A stretch of DNA of 64,000 bases from an uncultured Actinomycetota bacterium (GCA_963757635.1 CAVWSK010000006.1:263613-327612), one strand, 5' to 3'; numbered from the stretch's first letter, positions 41,452-50,294 are shown. Notes: a model not told the origin generated them from the sequence alone. Numbers and translations are program-made.

Positions 41452-41909
41452 GGGGCCTCCCACTCGGCGAGGACCTCGGTGCGCACCTCACCGGTGGGTC
41501 TGCGGTCGACCACGACGATCTGGCGCCGCACGACCCGCAGTGCCGTCCACGCCGGCGCGGAGGGGCGCAGCTCGGCGTGGCTGGCGGCCAGGGTGCCCAG
41601 CCGGGAGGGGTCGGCCTGGATCTGCGGGATGCGACCCTCGATCTCGGCGCGGTTGAGCCCGGTGTTGCCCGGGGTCAGCGGCGCGCTCACCCACTCCAGC
41701 GGGGCCTCGGCGGTCTGGACCTCGATGCCGGTCGACCAGACGGAGCCCGTCGCGGCCTGCGAGGTGGAGAACATCCGCCACGGGCTGAACGGCCACCAGT
41801 GGTCGTTGCCGACCAGGGACCCGGCGCAGAAGAGGATGACGAGGGCGAGCAGCACCACGGTCCGCCACGACTTCGCGACGGCCCCCAGCTGCGCGACGCC
41901 CGACTCCAC
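41448..41909 (-). CDS. Single-TM partner protein of the HTTM gene
   Basis: TM helix followed by DHWWPFSPWRMFS and GLNRAEIEG; TACCCT -10 lies 6 nt before GTG 41909. Confidence 0.65.
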   Translation of the reverse strand: MESGVAQLGAVAKSWRTVVLLALVILFCAGSLVGNDHWWPFSPWRMFSTSQAATGSVWSTGIEVQTAEAPLEWVSAPLTPGNTGLNRAEIEGRIPQIQADPSRLGTLAASHAELRPSAPAWTALRVVRRQIVVVDRRPTGEVRTEVLAEWEAP

Positions 41910-41957
41910 AGGCACAGGGTAGGCGACACCGACGACCCGCTGCGGCACCATGGGCCC

Positions 41958-42348
41958 ATGCCCCACGGTTCCCGGTGGTCGATCAGGTCCCGTAACTCGG
42001 TGCTGTCCATCGCCTCGGACGGGTCGGTGCTGTCGATCGCCAGCATCCACTCGTTCGCCTCGATCGGGAGCGTCGGGTCGTTCGCGTCGGTGCTCGGTGT
42101 CGGCTCGGCCATGTCCGCAGGGTCGGCGCTGTCGTGGCAGAGCCTGGGGTCGGTCCTCTCGGCGCAGTCGAACTGGTCGATGCGGTCCTCCCAGAGCACC
42201 CGCGCGGTGCGCTCGCGGCGCAGCGAGGGCACGCTGGGCTGGCAGGCCCCCGCCACGAGCGGCAGCAGTCCTCGTCACCGCCGCCTGCGGGTATGCCGTG
42301 GCGCGCACGCTCGGCGGTCGCGCCGGCGGCCACGCGCACCTGCGCTAG
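41958..42348 (+). CDS. Small (Ser-x-x)n repeat protein with a C-terminal hydrophobic helix; apparent +1 frameshift at C5 42247-42251
   Basis: MPHG-SRW-SIR-SRN-SVL-SIA-SDG...; 27 of 29 consecutive triplets begin with Ser; the tail AAAVLVTAACGYAVARTLGG lies in the +1 frame; CACCAT hexamer lies 6 nt before the ATG. Confidence 0.6.
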
Positions 42349-43155
42349 ACGCAGGGCTGCCACGAACAGCTCGCGCTCGCGGGCGAACCACTCCGCGTCC
42401 CTGCGCGGGCGGTCGGCGTGGCCCGCGGCCAGCCTGCGGACGAAGGCCGGATCTCCCTGCGCCGCAAGGTCCTCGATCGTCCGAGAGTGCTCGGCCATGC
42501 GGCGCAGGACGGCATCGGGTACCCGCGCACGGAGGCCCGCTTCCGCGGCATACCCGTCCACGACCGCAACAAACTTGTGCAGCCGGTCCGCCAAGGTCAC
42601 CGGGCCCATCTCCCGGCGCACGGCCGACGGGTCGTGCCACAGCGGCGTCCACGACCACAGCGTGTAGGCGAGGTCCTCGACCGGCTCCCCCGGTGCCGCG
42701 AAGTCGAAGTCGATGACGGCGAGCGACCCGTCCGGACGCAGCACCGTGTTGTAGGTGCCGACGTCGTGGTGGACGACGACCTCCCCGGGTCGCAGGGTCC
42801 GGCCGGGCACGACCCGCCACGGCAGCCCCGGGTCCGGGACGAACCCCGCCTGGGCGTCGTGGAACTCCCTCAGCCAGGCGCCGATGGCGCGGCAGGCACG
42901 GACCGTCTGGAACTCGGGCGCGAGCCGCTGCGGGCCCAGGGTCCCCGCGACCCCCGGCAGGTATGACGCGACCTCGCGTCCGCGCGCATCGGTGCCGAGG
43001 CCGCGGGGTGCGGCGTCGAAGCCCACCGACTCCAGGTGGTGCAGGAGGGCGTGGACGGCGGGGGTCCAGTGGCCGGCCTGCCGCCGCACCGTGTCCGCGA
43101 CGCGCACCACGTGACCCGTGTTGCCCCCGTGCAGGACCTCCTCGCGCTCGCTCAC
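42345..43155 (-). CDS. Aminoglycoside phosphotransferase (APH)-family kinase; 3' end uncertain (the in-frame stop is at 41983)
   Basis: LHGGN, VVRVADTVRR, HHDVGTYN (Brenner motif), IDFDFAAPG, DLAY. Confidence 0.8.
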
Positions 43156-44180
43156 GACCGCCTCCGGACCAGCCGCAGGGCCAGGACCACGAGCAGGACC
43201 AGGCCGGATCCGGTGACCAGGGCGAGGACCAGCTCGCCCGGCAGCGGCAGTAGCGGACCGTCCTGGTCCGAGCCCGGCGCGGGGGCGGCGGTCTCGGCGC
43301 CGGTTCCCGGCGAGCCCACCGTGCTCGTCGCGGCACTCGGCGTCGCCGCGGGTGGGACGACGACCGGCACGGCGACCCCCCGCACCCGGGAGCCGCGTCC
43401 CTCGCTGCCGACCAGGAGCGCACCGGGGGCGTCGGGGTCGAGGGCGACCGTCTCGCCCTGTGGTTGCAGCGGCAGCAGGGCGGACGCGCGCACCGCCCAG
43501 GTCTGGGGGTCCACCAGGTGCAGCGTCGTGTAGGTGCGGGCGACGAGGGCCGACCCGTCAGGGAGGTACACGGCGTCGGTGACCACCGACGGAGCCGGGC
43601 CCACCCGGGTCAGCATCGCCGGGCGACCCGGTCGGACCCGGTCGGGCAGGGCGTAGACCGCCCCGCTCGATGCCTTGGTGATGAGCAGGACCCGACCCGA
43701 GCGGGGGTCGACGGTGAGCGCCTCGGCATCGTGCGGACCGTCGGGGTAGGTCAGTGTCCACGCCTCGGCCGGGCCGCTCGTCGCGCCCAGACCGGGCTCG
43801 TCGACGGCGTAGACGCTGACGCTGCGCCGGGTGCGGTCGTTGTCACCGATGTCCCCGACCAGGATCCGTCCGTCGGCGGTCATCGAGAGGGCCTCGACGT
43901 CGCGCACGGTCGCGTCGAAGGTGTGCACCCCCACGGTGTGCCCGGTGCGGGTGTCGATGGCGAAGATCCGCGCGCTGTCACCCGAGTCGTTCGCGGTCCA
44001 CACGGTGTGCGGGTGCCTGCGGCTCGCGACCAGTCCGGAGGACTCGGTGACGCGGTCGTCGTTGATCCGGAAGTCGGTCGACGACCCGGACCCGGCCACG
44101 GCCGGGCCCGATGCCACCACGACGCACGGCCCGGTGAGGAACGCGGCCCCCAGCGCGGCGGCGGCGAGCCGTCGGCGCAT
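43152..44180 (-). CDS. Secreted, C-terminally anchored repeat protein (probable beta-propeller)
   Basis: Signal peptide; repeats ESSGL, WTANDSGD, DVEALS, GDIGDN, HDAEAL, QGETVA; C-terminal TM followed by RRRS. Confidence 0.7.
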   Translation of the reverse strand: MRRRLAAAALGAAFLTGPCVVVASGPAVAGSGSSTDFRINDDRVTESSGLVASRRHPHTVWTANDSGDSARIFAIDTRTGHTVGVHTFDATVRDVEALSMTADGRILVGDIGDNDRTRRSVSVYAVDEPGLGATSGPAEAWTLTYPDGPHDAEALTVDPRSGRVLLITKASSGAVYALPDRVRPGRPAMLTRVGPAPSVVTDAVYLPDGSALVARTYTTLHLVDPQTWAVRASALLPLQPQGETVALDPDAPGALLVGSEGRGSRVRGVAVPVVVPPAATPSAATSTVGSPGTGAETAAPAPGSDQDGPLLPLPGELVLALVTGSGLVLLVVLALRLVRRRS

Positions 44181-44182
44181 CC

Positions 44183-45376
44183 TCAGTCGAGCAGGGCGTC
44201 GACGAAAGCCTCGGGATCGAACGGTGCCAGGTCGTCGGGGCCCTCGCCCAGCCCCACGAGCTTGACCGGCACGCCGAGCTTGCGCTGGACCGAGACGACG
44301 ATGCCGCCCTTGGCGGTGCCGTCGAGCTTGGTGAGCACGATGCCGGTGACATTCACGACCTCGGCGAAGACCTCCGCCTGGCGCAGGCCGTTCTGCCCGG
44401 TCGTCGCGTCCAGCACCAGCAGCACCTCGTCGATCGGGCTCTGCTTCTCGATGACGCGCTTGACCTTGCTCAGCTCGTCCATGAGGCCGACCTTGTTGTG
44501 CAGGCGACCAGCGGTGTCGATGAGGACCACGTCGGCCTCCATCTCGGCACCCGCCTTGACCGCGTCGAAGGCGACGGCGGCGGGGTCGGCGCCGTCGCGG
44601 TCCGACCGCACGGTCGGCACACCCACGCGGGCACCCCACGTCTCGAGCTGGTCGGCTGCCGCGGCGCGGAAGGTGTCAGCCGCCCCGAGGATGACGTCCT
44701 TGTCCTCGGCGACGAGGACGCGGGCCAGCTTGCCGACCGTGGTGGTCTTGCCCGTGCCGTTGACGCCGACCACGAGCACGACCGCGGGCCGTCCCTCGAC
44801 GCGGCTGCTGGCCACCGAGCGGTCCAGCGACGGGTCGACCAGGTCGAGCAGGTCGGCGCGCAGCCAGCTGCGGACGACGGCCTCATCGGTGGTGCCCTCG
44901 ACCTTCACCTGGGCGCGCAAGCGGTCGACGAGCTCGGTCGTGGCCTCGACCCCGAGGTCCGAGGCGATCAGGGTGTCCTCGACCTCCTCCCACGCGGCCT
45001 CGTCGAGCCCACCCCTGGAGAGCAGGGCGAGCAGGCCCTGGCCGAGTGCGGAGTTCGACCGGGCGAGACGGGCGCGCAGCCGCGTAAGCCTACCCGTGGC
45101 CGTCTCCGGCCGCTCGAGTCCGGGCTCGGGTTCGGGTTCGGGCAGGGCCGGGGCGGGGAGGGTGTCGACGCTGCCGGCGTCCTCGACGGAACGCTTGGGG
45201 GCGTCCCGCGGTGGGGTGGCGTCGTCCCCGACTCCGGGGAGCACGTCGGCATCCCGGTCCTGGCGGGGCAGCTCACGGGTCCTCCCCCCGCGGCCGCGCA
45301 ACAGCCCGACCAGGAGCCCCCCGAGGATGACGAGCAGGCCGACGGCAACAGCGATGTACTCCCACAACTGGTCCAC
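44183..45376 (-). CDS. ftsY: SRP receptor FtsY
   Basis: GVNGTGKTTT, DTFRAAA, DTAGRL, TKLDGTAKGG. Confidence 0.97.
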   Translation of the reverse strand: MDQLWEYIAVAVGLLVILGGLLVGLLRGRGGRTRELPRQDRDADVLPGVGDDATPPRDAPKRSVEDAGSVDTLPAPALPEPEPEPGLERPETATGRLTRLRARLARSNSALGQGLLALLSRGGLDEAAWEEVEDTLIASDLGVEATTELVDRLRAQVKVEGTTDEAVVRSWLRADLLDLVDPSLDRSVASSRVEGRPAVVLVVGVNGTGKTTTVGKLARVLVAEDKDVILGAADTFRAAAADQLETWGARVGVPTVRSDRDGADPAAVAFDAVKAGAEMEADVVLIDTAGRLHNKVGLMDELSKVKRVIEKQSPIDEVLLVLDATTGQNGLRQAEVFAEVVNVTGIVLTKLDGTAKGGIVVSVQRKLGVPVKLVGLGEGPDDLAPFDPEAFVDALLD

Positions 45377-45488
45377 GCCGCCATCCTCTCAGACAGGTGA
45401 GGCCCGCCCGGACACCGCAGCGCCCCTCAAGGTGTGGCACCGAGGGGCGTGGACGGGGGTGGGGCGTACGGCCCTGCGTGGCGCTCGG

Positions 45489-45749
45489 TCAGCCGGCGCG
45501 GTGCCGGCCCGCGTCCTCGTCGGCCTGGCTGCTGGTGACCGAGTCGGCGACCTTGTCCTTGGTGGCGGACAGCGCGTCGCCGGCCTTCTCGATGGTGTTC
45601 TCGGTCCGCTCCTTGGCCAGGGCGACGAGCTCCTCGCCCTGGGGGGACAACAGCTCGCGTCCCTCGCGTCGAGCCGGAATGGCCACGATCGCGACGACGG
45701 CCACGGCCAGTCCCACGCACAGCACCATTCCGATGATCAAGGCGGTCAT
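45489..45749 (-). CDS. Small membrane protein
   Basis: MTALIIGMVLCVGLAVAVVAIVAIPARREGRELL...; one TM helix and an acidic tail. Confidence 0.65.
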   Translation of the reverse strand: MTALIIGMVLCVGLAVAVVAIVAIPARREGRELLSPQGEELVALAKERTENTIEKAGDALSATKDKVADSVTSSQADEDAGRHRAG

Positions 45750-45843
45750 ACCCCCAAGGGTGCACCGGTGCACGCCAAATGCTCAAATCGACCCGCCGAG
45801 GGGTGGGACGCGGCGCATCCTCCCGTCGTCGCCGACTCGCCGG

Positions 45844-48800
45844 TCAGGCGCTCTGCGCCGCCACGTCGCGGATGCGCTGCGACACGACCGTGGTGACCCC
45901 GTCGCCACGCATCGACACGCCGTAGAGCGCGTCGGCGACCTCCATGGTGCGCTTCTGGTGGGTGATGACGATGAGCTGGCTGGAGTCGCGCAGCTCCTCG
46001 AAGAGGGTGATGAGGCGACCGAGGTTGGCGTCGTCGAGCGCCGCCTCGACCTCGTCCATGATGTAGAACGGGCTGGGCCGCGCCTTGAAGATCGACACGA
46101 GCAGCGCCACCGCCACCAGGGACCGCTCACCACCGGAGAGCAGCGAGAGCCGCTTGATCTTCTTGCCCGGCGGTCGCGCCTCCACCTCGATGCCCGTGGT
46201 GAGCATGTCGGAGGGGTCGGTGAGCAGGATCCGCCCCTCGCCACCGGGGAACAGCCTGGAGAACACCTGCTCGAACTGCGCCGCCGTGTCGTGGAAGGCC
46301 TCGGTGAAGACCCGCTCCACCCGCTCGTCGACCTCGCGGACGATGTCGAGCAGGTCACGCTTGGAGCTCTTGAGGTCCTCGAGCTGGTCGGTGAGGAACT
46401 TGTGGCGCTCCTCCAGCGCGGCGAACTCCTCCAGGGCCAGCGGGTTCACCCGGCCGAGGGCCGACATGGCCCGCTCGGCCTTGCGCAGCCGCTTCTCCTG
46501 GACCTCGCGGACGTAGGCCTCGGGCTGGGGAGCCTCCTCCGGGTCGTCGTCCGGTCCGGGCACGAACGGCACCGGCTGGTGGGGCCCGAAGTCCTCCATG
46601 AGCACCTGCGGGTCCATGCCGAGCTCGTCCACGGACCGGGCCTGCATGGCCTCGATGCGCAGGCGCTGCTGCGTGCGGGCCACCTCGTCGCGGTGGACCG
46701 TGTCGGTGAGGTCGCGCAGCTCGTCCTGCAGGACGGTCACCTCGCGCCGCACCTGGGCCAGGGCCTGGTCGCGCTCGCTCCGGGCCGCCTCGGCCCGGCT
46801 GCGCTGGCTCGCGGCGGTGTCGAGGGTGGACGCGATGAGCGACGAGGCGTATGCCGCCCCGCGCAGCACGGCCTCGGCCACCGTCGCCTCCCGCCGCCGC
46901 CGCTCCTGGCGGGCTGCCAGCCGCTCGCGTGCCGCGAGCTCGTTGCGGGCTGCGCCCTCGAGGGAGTCAGCGCGACCCTTGAGGGCGCGGGCCCGCTCCT
47001 CCCTGGTGCGCAGGGTCAGGCGCAGCTCGGTCTCGGCGGCCCGGCCACGGCTCGCGTCCTGCTCGAGGCGGTCGCGCTCGTCGGTGCTGGGGTCCTGCGA
47101 CTCGGTGGGCTCGGCGCTGGCCTCGTCGAGGCGCTGGGCGAGCTCGTCGAGCTCGGTGCGGTCGGCGTCGACCGCCGCCGTCGCGTCGGCGATGCTGCGT
47201 TCGGTGCGCTCGGCCTCGGCCTTCGCGGAGCGGACGGTGGCGCCGAGGTGGCCGAGCCGCTCGGCGACCGCGGCCATCTTCGCGTCGGACTCGTGCAGGC
47301 GCTCCAGTGCGCCCTCGACCTCGTCGGCGGCGGCGCGGTGCCGCTCCTGCGCCGCCGTGAGGGCGAACCGGGCCTGCTCACCGCGCCGGCTGGAGTCCGC
47401 GAGGCGGTCACGGGTCTCGTCCACGGCCGACTGGATCTCGATCAGGCTCGGCGCGTGGCTGCTGCCGCCACGGACGAACCCGGGCGCGAAGACGTCACCG
47501 TCGGTGGTGACCGCGGTGATCCCCTCACCCCGGGCGACCAGGGCTGCGGCCAGCGCGGGATCGGAGACCAGGGCCACCCGGTCGAGCAGCTGCTCCACGG
47601 CAGGACGCACCGTCGCGGGCGCCTGCACGACCTCGCGGGCCCAGACCGCCGACCCGTCCAGCGTCGGCCAGGTGGCCGGGTCGCTCGTGGCCGCGCTGGG
47701 GCCGACGAGGAAGGCCGCGCGGCCGGAGTCGTCAGCCCGCAGCGTCAGGAGTGCTCGGGCGGCGTGGTCGACCGACTCGACCGCCAGGGCGTCACCGGCC
47801 CAGCCGAGGGCTGCGGCGATGGCCGCTTCGTGGCCGCCCTTGACCTGCAGCAGCGAGGCGACCGAACCGACGATGCCGTGGCTGGAGTCCGCGGCGGCCA
47901 GCAGGGTCGCTGCGCCGTCCTTGCGGGACAGGCTCAGCTCGAGGGCCTCCAGGCGGGCGGTGGCACTGGTCCGGTCCCGCTCGGCCAGCCGCTCGGCCTC
48001 GCGGTGCTGCTCGACCTCGGCCTCGACGGCCTCGAGGGCTGCTGCGGCCCTCTCGTAGGCACTGTCGAGGCCCTCCTCGCCCTCCTCGTCGACGGCCACC
48101 GAGGCCTCGAGGGTGGTGAACTCCTTCTCGGCGGCGGCAGCCCGCTCCAGCGACTGCGCCACGATCCCGCGCAGCCGGCCGATCTCGGCCTCGCCCGCCT
48201 CGATGCGGCTGCGACGCGCGCCCACCTGGCCCGCGAGCTTGGCCAGCCCCTCACGGCGATCGGCGGCCGCGCGGACCAGGCGTTGCAGGCGCTGCTGCTC
48301 CGCGGCATACGCCTGCTCCGCGGTCTCACGAGCGGCAACCGCCGCGCTGAGGGCCGTCGTGGCCTCGCCGACCTCGGCGAGGAGGGCGGCCTCCTGCTTG
48401 CGCGCCTCGAGGGCCTGGGCGCGCAGCTCCTCGGGGTCGCGACCGCTGGTCTGCTCGTCCTGGGTGTCCTGGCCGAGCAGCCGCACCCGCTCGGCGGCGA
48501 GTGACTCGGTCGCGGTGAGCTGGTCGCGCAGCTGCTGCAGGCTGAACCAGCGCTCCTGCGCCCGGCTGAGCTCGGGCGCGGCGTCCTGGGCCTGCTGCTC
48601 GAGGGAACCCAGCCGGCTGCGCAGGGTGACCAGCCCCTCCTCCAGCTCGGTGCGCTTGGCGATGAGGGCGCTCTCGTCGGCGACCTCCTGCTCGAGGGTG
48701 GACGTCAGCTGGACGAGGTCGTCGGCGAGCAGTCGCAGGCGGGCGTCGCGGGCGTCGGCCTGGATCACGGCGGCGCGACGGGCTGCCTCGGCCTGGCGTC

Positions 48801-49416
48801 CGAGTGGGCCGAGCTGGCGGCGGATCTCACCGGTGAGGTCGTTGACCCGGGTGAGGTTGGCCTCCATCGACTCGAGCTTGCGCAGCGCCTTCTCCTTGCG
48901 CTTGCGGTGCTTGAGGACGCCGGCAGCCTCCTCGATGAAGCCGCGCCGTTCCTCGGGGGTCGCCCGCAGCACCGCGTCGAGCTGTCCCTGCCCGACGATG
49001 ACGTGCATCTCACGCCCGATGCCGGAGTCCGAGAGCAGCTCCTGCACGTCGAGCAGCCGGCAGGACGTGCCGTTGATGGCGTACTCCGAGCCACCGTTGC
49101 GGAACATGGTCCGCGCGATGGTGACCTCGGTGTAGTCGATCGGCAGGGCGCCATCGGTGTTGTCGATGGTCAGCGCGACCTCGGCCCGGCCCAGGGGGGC
49201 GCGGCCGGCGGTGCCCGCGAAGATGACGTCCTCCATCTTGCCGCCGCGCAGGCTCTTGGCCCCCTGCTCCCCCATGACCCAGGCGAGCGCGTCGACGACG
49301 TTGGACTTGCCGGAGCCGTTGGGGCCGACGATGCAGGTGATACCGGGCTCGAGACGCATCGTGGTCGCGGAAGCGAAGGACTTGAAGCCCTTCATGGTCA
49401 GGCTCTTGACGTACAC
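45844..49416 (-). CDS. smc: Chromosome segregation protein SMC
   Basis: KGFKSF, GPNGSGKSN, coiled coils, hinge GGS, LSGGE, DEVEAALD, ITHQK. Confidence 0.98.
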   Translation of the reverse strand: MYVKSLTMKGFKSFASATTMRLEPGITCIVGPNGSGKSNVVDALAWVMGEQGAKSLRGGKMEDVIFAGTAGRAPLGRAEVALTIDNTDGALPIDYTEVTIARTMFRNGGSEYAINGTSCRLLDVQELLSDSGIGREMHVIVGQGQLDAVLRATPEERRGFIEEAAGVLKHRKRKEKALRKLESMEANLTRVNDLTGEIRRQLGPLGRQAEAARRAAVIQADARDARLRLLADDLVQLTSTLEQEVADESALIAKRTELEEGLVTLRSRLGSLEQQAQDAAPELSRAQERWFSLQQLRDQLTATESLAAERVRLLGQDTQDEQTSGRDPEELRAQALEARKQEAALLAEVGEATTALSAAVAARETAEQAYAAEQQRLQRLVRAAADRREGLAKLAGQVGARRSRIEAGEAEIGRLRGIVAQSLERAAAAEKEFTTLEASVAVDEEGEEGLDSAYERAAAALEAVEAEVEQHREAERLAERDRTSATARLEALELSLSRKDGAATLLAAADSSHGIVGSVASLLQVKGGHEAAIAAALGWAGDALAVESVDHAARALLTLRADDSGRAAFLVGPSAATSDPATWPTLDGSAVWAREVVQAPATVRPAVEQLLDRVALVSDPALAAALVARGEGITAVTTDGDVFAPGFVRGGSSHAPSLIEIQSAVDETRDRLADSSRRGEQARFALTAAQERHRAAADEVEGALERLHESDAKMAAVAERLGHLGATVRSAKAEAERTERSIADATAAVDADRTELDELAQRLDEASAEPTESQDPSTDERDRLEQDASRGRAAETELRLTLRTREERARALKGRADSLEGAARNELAARERLAARQERRRREATVAEAVLRGAAYASSLIASTLDTAASQRSRAEAARSERDQALAQVRREVTVLQDELRDLTDTVHRDEVARTQQRLRIEAMQARSVDELGMDPQVLMEDFGPHQPVPFVPGPDDDPEEAPQPEAYVREVQEKRLRKAERAMSALGRVNPLALEEFAALEERHKFLTDQLEDLKSSKRDLLDIVREVDERVERVFTEAFHDTAAQFEQVFSRLFPGGEGRILLTDPSDMLTTGIEVEARPPGKKIKRLSLLSGGERSLVAVALLVSIFKARPSPFYIMDEVEAALDDANLGRLITLFEELRDSSQLIVITHQKRTMEVADALYGVSMRGDGVTTVVSQRIRDVAAQSA

Positions 49417-49575
49417 GAGCTCTCTTCGCTCCTGGTGACGGCGGTCGGTGCGGGTCGGCAGATCGCGGCTCACTGTACCGGCGCGGGGCCGGCCACCCGC
49501 GAACCCCGACGGCGCCACACCGCATACCGGTGCGCCTGTGGCCCCTGTGACTCCAGAGGCACCCCACCCCCGCCG

Positions 49576-49666
49576 CAACTTTATCGGGTCTAGCAGGAAG
49601 GTTGACCTTCGCACGGCTATCGAAGTCGGGTGAAGGTCAACCTTGTCACTAGACCCGATAAAGTTG
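49576..49666. repeat. Nested inverted-repeat element (REPIN/MITE-like)
   Basis: Perfect 18-bp outer arms CAACTTTATCGGGTCTAG/CTAGACCCGATAAAGTTG; perfect 13-bp inner arms AAGGTTGACCTTC/GAAGGTCAACCTT; AT-richer than its surroundings. Confidence 0.9.
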
Positions 49667-49711
49667 GGGTCCTGGTTGGTGGGGTGGGGCCGGGCGATCG
49701 CGGTGGACTGC

Positions 49712-50008
49712 TCAGCCTTGGGCGATGGCCTCGTGGTGGTGGATGACCTCGGCGATGACGAAGGTCAGGAACTTCTCCGCGAAGGTCGGGTCGAGCCCGG
49801 CCTCGTCGGCCAGCGCCCGCAGCCGACCGATCTGCGACTCCTCGCGCGCGGGGTCGGCGGGCGGCAGCCCTTGCTGGGCCTTGAGCTGGCCCACCTGCTG
49901 GGTGCACTTGAAGCGCTCGGCGAGCAGGTGGATCAGGGCAGCGTCGATGTTGTCGATGCTGGCGCGCAGGCGCACCAGCTCGGAGGGCGTCGAGGCGGGC
50001 TGGGTCAC
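49712..50008 (-). CDS. Chorismate mutase (AroQ type II)
   Basis: LRASIDNIDAALIHLLAERF, VGQLKA, DPAREESQI. Confidence 0.9.
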   Translation of the reverse strand: MTQPASTPSELVRLRASIDNIDAALIHLLAERFKCTQQVGQLKAQQGLPPADPAREESQIGRLRALADEAGLDPTFAEKFLTFVIAEVIHHHEAIAQG

Positions 50009-50196
50009 CCGACGATCGTAGGCGCGCCGACGCCGACGACGTCAGGGTGTCTCAGATCCTCGCGGAGCCGGTCGTTGTCCCGCTGGAGGCGGTCGACGAG
50101 GTGCTCCAGATCGGCGACGCGCCGACGCAGCTCGACGGTCTCCAGCATCAGACGTTGGTCGTAGGCGACGCGGTAGCCGACCAGGGCCTTGGCCAT
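50005..50196 (-). CDS. Small coiled-coil hypothetical protein
   Basis: MAKALVGY...LRRRVADLEHLVDRLQRDNDRL; GGAG RBS; resembles small proteins that I recall lying upstream of smc in actinobacteria. Confidence 0.7.
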   Translation of the reverse strand: MAKALVGYRVAYDQRLMLETVELRRRVADLEHLVDRLQRDNDRLREDLRHPDVVGVGAPTIVG

Positions 50197-50294
50197 GTTG
50201 ACTCCTTACAGGTGGCGGGCGCACCGACCTGGGATCTGCCGAAAGGGGGCCGTCTCTCAGGGTGACACCACCTCCCGCCGCGGTCAATCGGCGG

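Noticed and set aside
41687-42256. Minus-strand Asp-periodic ORF (DRIDQFDCAERTDP...)
   Set aside because: Its periodicity mirrors the plus-strand Ser codons, and the plus-strand reading has a promoter-like hexamer and a coherent hydrophobic tail.
49590-49650. Upstream-of-smc hairpin as SRP RNA (ffs), given nearby ftsY/ffh and the sequence AGCAGGAAG
   Set aside because: It lacks the conserved SRP helix-8 motif (CAGG-UCCGGAAGGAAGCAG type). It is kept only as an unexplained palindromic element.
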